Positions 27,306 through 34,931 of a DNA stretch of 64,000 nt are shown here, one piece after another. The notes under the pieces were generated by a model. That model had not been told where the DNA came from. It saw nothing but the letters and a program-made list of their open reading frames with translations, and did not search any database. This DNA comes from a virus (taxonomy: Duplodnaviria > Caudoviricetes): positions 8,428 through 72,427 of IMG/VR virus record IMGVR_UViG_2545824688_000002; one strand, given 5' to 3'. The first letter of the stretch is position 1. The number at the start of each line of letters is the position of its first letter. The translations under genes were made by a program, and so were the position numbers.

Positions 27306-27871
27306 TTACGGCTCAACAGCGCGGAAAGCCGGATCAAACCGGTGCCAGCCGTAAGCCAGCGTTCGAGCTCCGAAAACTCGCGGCACCTAGCCGTTAAGTC
27401 GTCCGCGATTGCTTATCGTCCTTTCGCACTGGCTAATCGGCAGAGCCATCTACTCGGACTATTCGGAGCCCCAACGCCGGGCCCGTCATACACGGGCTCG
27501 TACGGCATCTGTTATTAAACGGTTTGAGGCGGGTCAAACGGCCCCATTTTCGGTGGATCGAACGGTCCTTTCATAGCGGTATTCCTCCGTTTCGTCATCG
27601 TAGTGTGCGCGGTTTTCTGGCGGAAGATTCCGCAAGCAATACGACTTCAACCGCGCGAAAGCCGGACTCAATTCCGGACGATGCCGGTATGCCCGAACGG
27701 GACTGAATGCGTTTAGTGGCCGCAATGGGCGCTGTGCTTCGCAAGGCGTCAGAGGCACCGGACGCATCTCCCTGGCGCGCGCTCCCGAACTGGAACGCAG
27801 GGTGACGGATGCCTTTCCGTCCTCTTGCGGAGTCTTTCCACCTCCAATGTTAACTATCGTACGCACTGTCG
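27304..27871 (-). ncRNA. Candidate highly structured RNA region surrounding a micro-ORF
   Basis: Many nested stems (GACGGA/TCCGTC, CCCTG/CAGGG, GCGCGGTT/AACCGCGC, GGGCTCCGAA/TTCGGAGCTC); no convincing long ORF. Confidence 0.45.
27515..27574 (-). CDS. 19-aa micropeptide MKGPFDPPKMGPFDPPQTV
   Basis: GGAGG 9 nt upstream, tandem TAA TAA; repeat copies differ only at synonymous positions. Confidence 0.75.
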   Translation of the reverse strand: MKGPFDPPKMGPFDPPQTV

Positions 27872-28396
27872 CTAGTTACCGACCAAATACGTCACCACCT
27901 CGCCTGCCCGCGTATCCCTTGCGTATTGCCTTTTCCGTTCCGCGTTCCGTATCTTCGCGGCCCTATCCACGAACACGTTCTCGTAGTTCGACCGTTTTCT
28001 CCGCGTTGGGACTCGGTAGTTCCGCCCGTCCGTGCCCTCGTAGTGCGCCGCATGTAACGGAGCACTCGCGTTCTGTCTCCGCGCCAGTTGTTGCTCGCTC
28101 ATGATCGGATACTCCGTCCGCGTCACCTTATCCGGGTGGCTGTCCGTCAGTTCCTCGTACAATACCGCGTCCGCCAGGCGTTCCAACTCCGCCACGTCCG
28201 GTCGCTCGCCCGTTGAGGCTACGTATTCGTCCGTCAGGGCTTCGATTAGCGCCATCCGTTCGGAGCGCGGTATGGGATTGGCGCGGTTGGACGCGGTGAG
28301 TTCGGATACGGCCGCAGAGAAGGCGGATTTGTAGTCGGCGTGGCCGCGGAAATAGAGCGTGTTTGTTTCGTTATTTTTGCGTTTTATTTTCGTCAC
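27872..28396 (-). CDS. Phage hypothetical protein
   Basis: Long ORF in operon direction; LERLADAVLYEELTDSHPDK. Confidence 0.7.
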   Translation of the reverse strand: MTKIKRKNNETNTLYFRGHADYKSAFSAAVSELTASNRANPIPRSERMALIEALTDEYVASTGERPDVAELERLADAVLYEELTDSHPDKVTRTEYPIMSEQQLARRQNASAPLHAAHYEGTDGRNYRVPTRRKRSNYENVFVDRAAKIRNAERKRQYARDTRAGEVVTYLVGN

Positions 28397-28473
28397 CCCA
28401 TCGTTTTTATCGTTTACTTTCGTTACTTACGTGGTATAATAATCGTAAAAGAGGAGAAACGGAGGAGATTTAT

Positions 28474-28713
28474 TTGAGCCGAGTACAAATGTTTGATCGA
28501 CTGATTAATTCGGATATGTCTGACCACGTTGTTGCTTTAAAAATGGGCGAATATCTCAGCCGCATACCTCAAATTGACAGGAGCAGCCAGGAAGAACTCC
28601 TAGTCGCTTACTACGAGCGTTGCGTCAAGCACATAGACCGTCAAGTTTCTTTGACTAATGCCAGCGAGATACTCTGCCGTATAGAAAGAGAATATCTGTC
28701 GTCAATTCACTAA
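28474..28713 (+). CDS. Antisense moron hypothetical protein
   Basis: TG-G-TATAAT extended -10 at about 28432-28440; SD GGAGG; TTG start. Confidence 0.55.
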   Translation: MSRVQMFDRLINSDMSDHVVALKMGEYLSRIPQIDRSSQEELLVAYYERCVKHIDRQVSLTNASEILCRIEREYLSSIH

Positions 28714-29144
28714 AACGCCATATCAGGCGTTATTTTTTTTTTCGCTTCCTCCTCCGTAGCCCTCCGCCACTGTTCCGCCCGTGACACTTCCCCGTAATTC
28801 CACCGCGCATACACCGCAGCCACCCGGTTCAATCCCGTTATCACCAATCGGCTCACGCGCTGCTTCCCGATCCCCATGCGTTGGCCCACGTCCTCCATCG
28901 TCAGGTCATCGACGTAGTACAAGCGCAGGGCCTCCGTCTGCCTCGCGGTCAGTTTCGCCGCCTTGATTGCGGTGGCCAGATCGATCAGCACGTCGCAGGC
29001 CGCGTAATCGCCACGCTCGAATCGGCGGGAGGCCAGCCGGTGCCAGTCGCCGAGGAGCGCGTCAACTCCGGTCCGGTCGTTTAGCGCGTACTTGACGTTG
29101 TACTCGCGGTGTCCTTTCGTTAAGTCAACGGCACACGCACCCAT
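28710..29144 (-). CDS. Sigma-70 region 4-like HTH protein, putative late transcription activator
   Basis: LTARQTEALRLYYVDDLTMEDVGQRMGIGKQRVSRL. Confidence 0.8.
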   Translation of the reverse strand: MGACAVDLTKGHREYNVKYALNDRTGVDALLGDWHRLASRRFERGDYAACDVLIDLATAIKAAKLTARQTEALRLYYVDDLTMEDVGQRMGIGKQRVSRLVITGLNRVAAVYARWNYGEVSRAEQWRRATEEEAKKKITPDMAF

Positions 29145-29293
29145 CAGGCGGACACCTCCGTAATCAGGCGCTTATCAACACATCGCGTCAATAGCTCGTC
29201 CCCTTTTCGTTTATTTTCGTTATCCTTGCATGTATCTCGCCTAATCGCGTATAATGGTACGTAACACGTTATTTGATCGGAGTGTGACCGTAC

Positions 29294-29722
29294 TTGCCGT
29301 TTATCGTATATAACTTTCGTTCGGGCGACGACCTGCCCGCCATTACCGTTGACCACTTCGGACGCCTCTATATGAATTCGGCCCTCCGTAAGAAGCTTGG
29401 CGTTGTAAAAGGAGCACCGTTCAAGGCGCATATTGCGTACGACCCGGACACCGGCAATATCGGACTGGCACGGCCCGGCGAGGTCAGCGTCGGCGACGAA
29501 GTGGTTCCGGCAACCTTCGACCGCAACCGTTACTACGCGACCGTTCGCGGATTCATGCGGAGGTTCTCGCCCAAACTCGGAAAGTACGTCTATATCGAGC
29601 GCCAGAACAATTGGTACGCGTTCCGCCACCAGGAAACGGAAGCGCCGCCAACATTTACGGAGATGGTTCCGCCTCGGAAACGGACGAGGAAGAAGGCTGG
29701 GCCGCCGGAGCCGACGGAGTAG
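29294..29722 (+). CDS. AbrB/MraZ-like swapped-hairpin protein (tentative)
   Basis: ITVDHFGRLYMNSALRKKLGV; own TTGCAT-18-TATAAT promoter. Confidence 0.55.
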   Translation: MPFIVYNFRSGDDLPAITVDHFGRLYMNSALRKKLGVVKGAPFKAHIAYDPDTGNIGLARPGEVSVGDEVVPATFDRNRYYATVRGFMRRFSPKLGKYVYIERQNNWYAFRHQETEAPPTFTEMVPPRKRTRKKAGPPEPTE

Positions 29723-29836
29723 GGTCGCGTTCACTTGGCGGGCGGCTATCGTACGGCTTCGCTTCGGCCGCGTCCATGCGTCCGTATGCGTAGCCCATCG
29801 CGTACCAATAGCGGTAGTCGTCGAGGTCGGCGGAGG

Positions 29837-30202
29837 TCATTCGGCGGCCTCCCAACGTTCAAACTCGACCGATTCCGAATAGTGTCCGTTTGAACTACCG
29901 TACCAGCGAATTGTGACGTAACCTTTCGCAGTCGCGAATTTGTAGAAAGTCCACGTAAAAGTACCTCCCCATTCGCCGTCATCTCCGCTTTCGCTGACCT
30001 CCTCTGCGAGTTGGATAGGAGCGCCAATCATGTCGTCTAAGTCACCGCAGATGTCTTCGATAGACACGGTTTCGCAACAGCATTGGTCGTGGTACATTCG
30101 GTAACACTCGCCATCGTCTGTATAAAAGTACAGTTCATACTCGCGATCTCCGCCGATCTTCGTGAGTGTCTTTCCGACAAGCACGTCAATGTTCGCCATC
30201 AT
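29837..30202 (-). CDS. Conserved phage hypothetical protein
   Basis: HDQCCCETVSIEDICGDL...WYGSSNGHYSE. Confidence 0.7.
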   Translation of the reverse strand: MMANIDVLVGKTLTKIGGDREYELYFYTDDGECYRMYHDQCCCETVSIEDICGDLDDMIGAPIQLAEEVSESGDDGEWGGTFTWTFYKFATAKGYVTIRWYGSSNGHYSESVEFERWEAAE

Positions 30203-30882
30203 TCCGCCTCCCCTTCCATTTGAATGCGATACATTTCGTTAATACTCTCCTCTGCATCCCGTAAGCTGACGCCATACTGCGTCATAAACTCGAGTTCAAG
30301 TTGCTTCCGGGACAGATCCGCCATCACCGCGTCCACCTTCGCATGCAACTCCGCCAACGTCCCGTTATTCTCAATATCGAAATCGACCGCGAACCCGTCC
30401 GCATGCAACTCGGTCTCGTGCGTAAGGTCGCGCTCATCAAACGCGTCGCCTGCGTCAATTATGCGTTGCCTGCGAATCGCCTCGTCACACGTTACGCGGA
30501 CGATGACGAAACCTTCCGCGCGCAGCCGCTCGTATTCACTGGGCTGGCGGAGGTCGGTGATTACGGGGCGGAATGGCAGGCGGGCGTGCGCGTTCCACGG
30601 CATTTCGTAATACGCGTTGTCCATGCGTTCCTTATCCGCAATTCTCCGAAAGCAATCGTTAACCCACACGTCGGGATCGAACGCCCGCATCGCCTGCCCC
30701 ACGCCTTGTAATAGCGCGCGGGGCTTTCGGTCGCCTGCGAATCGGTCCGGGAACAGTTCGCGGCAGACCTTACGGATGCCGTCGCCGAATGCGAACCGGA
30801 CGAATCCGTATTGTTGCGTGAGGTGGGCGGCGACCGAATCCTTGCCGCTACGCATTTTCCCGCACAGCGCAATCTTTACCAT
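30199..30882 (-). CDS. Deoxynucleoside monophosphate kinase
   Basis: GKMRSGKD P-loop, ITDLRQPSE, NNGTLAEL. Confidence 0.85.
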   Translation of the reverse strand: MVKIALCGKMRSGKDSVAAHLTQQYGFVRFAFGDGIRKVCRELFPDRFAGDRKPRALLQGVGQAMRAFDPDVWVNDCFRRIADKERMDNAYYEMPWNAHARLPFRPVITDLRQPSEYERLRAEGFVIVRVTCDEAIRRQRIIDAGDAFDERDLTHETELHADGFAVDFDIENNGTLAELHAKVDAVMADLSRKQLELEFMTQYGVSLRDAEESINEMYRIQMEGEAE

Positions 30883-31471
30883 AGTACACCTCCATAAACT
30901 CTTCTTCCGTTACGGACGGATCACGATGCTTTTTATAATTGTGGAAACTGACATGTGCGCTATTACTGGGGAACAAGAATAGATTTTCTGGTGAATTATT
31001 AAGTCTATTGCCATCACGATGATGGACAACCTCACCGTCTTCTAAATAACGCCCGGTCAGCGACTCCATGGCAGCTCGATGCTCCAAAACATAGCCATCC
31101 TTGTCCCTTTTTGGGTGGTCGTCAGCCTTTATAAGTCTATAACCTCGGTAGTTTATAGGCTTTCCGCCGCTCCATGTAGGAGACCTTTCTCCTGATAATT
31201 TTTCACTTGTTCGCATAATTGATGGGTGGTCATGTTTTGTCAAACCCTTGCTGAAAGGCTCCCTGCCCTTCCCAGTCTCCGAGATCTTTTTTAGACAGCG
31301 TGCTGTGTATATTGCGGGTCCACTTCGCCTTGGAATGTCGTATTTTCTCATCCAGTACTCAATATTCTTTCTAGTGCAACCCGCTAATTCCGCCATATCA
31401 TGAGTGGAGAGTTCTAGTTCGTAGTAGTGCTTCTCTAACCACTCTTTATTTTTCCACGGCCTTTCCGTCAA
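30848..31471 (-). CDS. HNH homing endonuclease
   Basis: YVLEHR...VVHHRDGNRLNNSPENL; AT-richer than neighbours. Confidence 0.9.
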   Translation of the reverse strand: MTERPWKNKEWLEKHYYELELSTHDMAELAGCTRKNIEYWMRKYDIPRRSGPAIYTARCLKKISETGKGREPFSKGLTKHDHPSIMRTSEKLSGERSPTWSGGKPINYRGYRLIKADDHPKRDKDGYVLEHRAAMESLTGRYLEDGEVVHHRDGNRLNNSPENLFLFPSNSAHVSFHNYKKHRDPSVTEEEFMEVYYGKDCAVRENA

Positions 31472-32689
31472 TTAGGCGGACACCTCCTCTCGCGAGTCGT
31501 CGACTAACTCGAATTGCTCCGTTCCTAACCACATTCCGTTGTCTGTGCGGAATGCCTTTCCGTACCCGTGATTATCGTATTTCTCTAATCGCTCCGTAAG
31601 TGTTCGAATCTGACCGTGACGCTTTCCGCGAACGACGTCACCCACGCGAACCTCCGTCGGCTGCGGCGCGTTCCGATACTCGGACGGAACGAACAAGTCC
31701 AACGCTCGGCGCAACGCGATTGCACGGCCGATGTGCGAGTTGAATACGTCGCCGGGCGCGCATTTGGCTACGCCACGGTAATCTACGGTATGCGTACGTA
31801 AGCTTTTAATCAACGCGACTACAGTACGCTTCTCGCGGTTAACAACGAAATCAACGTAGTGAACGGGCGTAAATCCTTCTTTGGCGCACGCCTTCGGCCA
31901 GAACGACACTTTTCCGTCAGATTGCCAACTTGCGATCCATTTACGCTCTAATTCCGCCACATCCGCCTTCGCCCGTTCCACAATCTCGTCGCGCAATTCC
32001 TGCGGACTCTTCGGTTTTGGCTGCGTCATCAGTCGCGCGACCGTCGTGTGTACGTCTTCGCGCTTGTGTAATTCCGCCTTCACAGCGTCCGCCACCGCCG
32101 TCCCAACCGTCCTCAACGTCAACCTTACGGTCACAATCCAGCCGGGCGTGGACGTTGCCCAGGCGGTGGCGGACGCTTTTGGCGTGAGGACTACGTACTC
32201 GTAATCCTTAACGTGCTGTGTCAATGCTCCGTTAGTAGCCGGGCTATCTCCACGAACGTCCATTGCGTTATCAGAGAATCCGTATCCAATAACCGTACCT
32301 GTCGTGCCATTTCGGAATTTGGCGAACGATTGATTAGTGATCAGTACACGCTCACCAACGCGCGCTTTCCGCTTTTCTTCGCGGTACCGCACGCCGTCGA
32401 CGATGACGGTCGAGGTCGGTTCAATTACGACGTATTCGTCCCAGGAGATGTAACCGTCAGGATTACCGTCCTCATCAATAACTGCGTCTACCTCTACGCC
32501 TTGCGCGATGTCATGGTTATATACGCGGTCTACTACGAACACATCTCCGTTTTCGTACTTCCCGAATGTGTACGCCGCGTCCACAATCTTAATCCGTTCC
32601 CCAACGTTAGCCTCACGCTCAACCACGTTATACTCGCGTTGTACACCGTTTTCATCCGTCAATACCGTCACATTCGTTTGTTTCGCCAT
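31472..32689 (-). CDS. Multi-domain protein with SH3/KOW-like repeats
   Basis: Repeats RxAxVGE...EYVV(I/L)xP; GVAKCAPGDVFNSHIGRAIALRRA. Confidence 0.7.
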   Translation of the reverse strand: MAKQTNVTVLTDENGVQREYNVVEREANVGERIKIVDAAYTFGKYENGDVFVVDRVYNHDIAQGVEVDAVIDEDGNPDGYISWDEYVVIEPTSTVIVDGVRYREEKRKARVGERVLITNQSFAKFRNGTTGTVIGYGFSDNAMDVRGDSPATNGALTQHVKDYEYVVLTPKASATAWATSTPGWIVTVRLTLRTVGTAVADAVKAELHKREDVHTTVARLMTQPKPKSPQELRDEIVERAKADVAELERKWIASWQSDGKVSFWPKACAKEGFTPVHYVDFVVNREKRTVVALIKSLRTHTVDYRGVAKCAPGDVFNSHIGRAIALRRALDLFVPSEYRNAPQPTEVRVGDVVRGKRHGQIRTLTERLEKYDNHGYGKAFRTDNGMWLGTEQFELVDDSREEVSA

Positions 32690-32741
32690 TACCCGATCAA
32701 CCTCCGATTTTTTTTATTTGCGCTCGTTGGCGCTATCATAG

Positions 32742-32774
32742 AGATTACCGTTCGACATCGGCTGTTCCGCGCAC
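32742..32774 (-). promoter_or_regulatory. Putative phage-sigma promoter GTGCGCG-N18-GGTAATCT
   Basis: Exact motif upstream of the gene at 32689. Confidence 0.75.
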
Positions 32775-32775
32775 C

Positions 32776-33132
32776 CTACGGCAATTTTACGGACACCAAC
32801 GCCTGCTTCCGACCGAACCGGAGCGCCTCCGAACGGTCCGCGATATAAACGTCGAGCTTGCGCCCTTTTATCCGGCCTCCACGGTCGAGGCACGTTCGCT
32901 CACCGACGCCAGCGATATGGATGCGCGTGCCGAACGGGAGCTCCGGCGGGCAGGCGGCGGTCGTCCCTTCGCGGACTCGCGCGCCAGATGCCGTTACGCC
33001 ATACGCTGGGTGGCCGGGAGTCTTGCCGGTTGATTCCGGCCCAGCCGTGTACGCCGTGACTTCGTATGTTTCCGCCAGTGGGACGGACACTGCGACCGAG
33101 AATGCGACGATCATTGCGTGGATTATCGTTAT
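32776..33132 (-). CDS. 3D (Asp-Asp-Asp) domain protein; probable ATA start
   Basis: VTAYT...GVTASG...PFGTRI...DRGGRIKGRKLDVY. Confidence 0.85.
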   Translation of the reverse strand: MTIIHAMIVAFSVAVSVPLAETYEVTAYTAGPESTGKTPGHPAYGVTASGARVREGTTAACPPELPFGTRIHIAGVGERTCLDRGGRIKGRKLDVYIADRSEALRFGRKQALVSVKLP

Positions 33133-33150
33133 AGTGGCGTCCTCCTTTCG

Positions 33151-33972
33151 TTAGGTGCTCGCGAAGTAAGCGTCGACCCACGGATCGACCGCGACGACGG
33201 CTTCGCGAAGCTTCTCCGCCAATTCCGCGACCTCCCACTGAGCTCCGCGACCTTTCCGGCGTTTACCGTAAAAATCGAGCAGCGCCCGGAGGTTTGCCGT
33301 CATCGTCAGGTTGGTTGCGGCCGCGTTCGGGAGGACCATGCGGGCGTCTTCGGCGGGGACTCCGGCACGGCGTAAGCGATCGTACGCCTTTTGCGCCTCC
33401 TCCATAAATTCTCCGTACACCTCGCGGGCAGATAACGGCGTCATAATAGGCACGCCCTTCTCTTCGTCAAATCCGCGAAGACGCGTATATCCTTCAACCG
33501 GACTGTCTCCGACCGTTTCCGGAACAACGTAGTCGAATCCACCGCTCTTATCGCCCGACCCCATCCGCACATAGCGCTGACTCTGCACGCTGAACGAGAA
33601 CCCTACGCGATGCCGCGTCAATTGCGCAAGGAGCGCGCGGGATACGCCTTCGATTGCGAACGTGTACGAGATGTGTTCGAGAGTTGACGTATGGCCCGAC
33701 CGTGTAATGTGGCGGAACAGGCGGTCGGCTTCCGTGCCGCCTTCGCCATCTGACGCATCTTGACGGAAATACTTTCCGCCTTCCTTCTCGAAAATTTCCG
33801 AAGGCTTATTCGGGCTATAACACGTTCGGATCGCGGTAAGCGCGACTGCCTGCGAGTCTGTTGCGTCATAGCCAAAGTTGTCGACGCAAGCGTACCATTC
33901 GTTATCAATCGCGAATTGTTCAGCCAGCTTCGTGTGGGCGAGCAGTTTAACGGACATTTGCGCCTCTGCCAT
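33151..33972 (-). CDS. thyX: FAD-dependent thymidylate synthase
   Basis: GHTSTLEH, QLTRHR...SVQSQRY, EDARMVLP, AQWEV. Confidence 0.95.
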   Translation of the reverse strand: MAEAQMSVKLLAHTKLAEQFAIDNEWYACVDNFGYDATDSQAVALTAIRTCYSPNKPSEIFEKEGGKYFRQDASDGEGGTEADRLFRHITRSGHTSTLEHISYTFAIEGVSRALLAQLTRHRVGFSFSVQSQRYVRMGSGDKSGGFDYVVPETVGDSPVEGYTRLRGFDEEKGVPIMTPLSAREVYGEFMEEAQKAYDRLRRAGVPAEDARMVLPNAAATNLTMTANLRALLDFYGKRRKGRGAQWEVAELAEKLREAVVAVDPWVDAYFAST

Positions 33973-34416
33973 CTATTCGCACACCTCCGAGCGAAAAACT
34001 TCGTACCCTTCCTTCGTACTTGTCCCGTCCTGGCGTGCATGATTCTCCGCATTTTTCGCGCAATATACGCGGTATACGTCCTCCGCCGTCAATCCGACCT
34101 TTTGCGATAGGCTGACGAGGAAGTGCCACAAGTCGATGACCTCGCCGCGCAGCTCGTCGTAATCGACCGCCTTCGGATTCTTCCACCACTTCCAGTTAAT
34201 CAGCGAACGGATTTCGGCAATCTCGTCCTCCAGCGCGACCGTCAGGCCGAGCACCCATTCGTCCGTTGTCTTATCGACCCCGCGCTCGTCAATTATTCGT
34301 TGGTCGAGTGCGTATTGCATATCGAAAATGGCCGCAAGTTTATCGGTTGGCATCGTACCGCCTCCGTTCAATATCGTCATGAGTTCGCGTTGTTCCGGTG
34401 TGGGTGCGTAGGTCAT
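33973..34416 (-). CDS. Dimeric (all-alpha) dUTPase
   Basis: EIAEI...WKWWK...EVIDLWHF...KNAENHARQ. Confidence 0.9.
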   Translation of the reverse strand: MTYAPTPEQRELMTILNGGGTMPTDKLAAIFDMQYALDQRIIDERGVDKTTDEWVLGLTVALEDEIAEIRSLINWKWWKNPKAVDYDELRGEVIDLWHFLVSLSQKVGLTAEDVYRVYCAKNAENHARQDGTSTKEGYEVFRSEVCE

Positions 34417-34733
34417 CGCGTTACCTCCTGAATAACGAATATCTTGCCGCGCTGCTCGATGATTTCGTATTTGTCCGTGTCGAAGGCGGCCATGTCCGTA
34501 ATGAGGACTTCGTACTTGGCGGGCTTTGGCGTAGCGTAATCGGCGAGCGCCGAGGTACTGAGAAGTGTTGCAATGATACCAACTATTCCGAATAAAACCA
34601 TGAATCCGTACCACCCATCGCGGTTACACTCAAATACACCAACGAGTGAAAATACAGCGCAGACAGCAAACCAGATTCCGAAAAAGAGTGTCGCGCCTTC
34701 TCCGCCGGTGTTAACCGTGTTCAAAATCTCCAT
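34413..34733 (-). CDS. Two-TM hypothetical membrane protein
   Basis: Two hydrophobic helices; KYEIIEQRGKI tail. Confidence 0.65.
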   Translation of the reverse strand: MEILNTVNTGGEGATLFFGIWFAVCAVFSLVGVFECNRDGWYGFMVLFGIVGIIATLLSTSALADYATPKPAKYEVLITDMAAFDTDKYEIIEQRGKIFVIQEVTR

Positions 34734-34874
34734 CTACCTCGCCACCTTCCGGTTAATCTCGCATAACTCCGAGTAGCACATCGCAAGAAACGCAACCACA
34801 AACGCTTCTACTGGCGATCCTCCGATAAGGTACGCGATAGCTACCGCAATCAAGCTGCAAATTAACGTCCACAT
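34734..34874 (-). CDS. 46-aa hydrophobic protein
   Basis: MWTLICSLIAVAIAYLIGG...; SD GGGGTG; translated by hand. Confidence 0.5.
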   Translation of the reverse strand: MWTLICSLIAVAIAYLIGGSPVEAFVVAFLAMCYSELCEINRKVAR

Positions 34875-34931
34875 CCGCAGTCACCCCCGTTTATCTTTCC
34901 GGCCGAAGCCGGAGAGCGCCGGAGCGCCCGC

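Noticed and set aside
27304-27871. tmRNA, tRNA or group I intron
   Set aside because: No acceptor stem/CCA or full T-arm; intron-like words (AATCGGCAG, ATAGTCC) are on opposite strands and no gene is interrupted.
30848-31471. HNH gene as part of an intron or intein
   Set aside because: Flanking genes are intact and separate; it appears free-standing. RNR, PolA and TerL also show no intein motifs.
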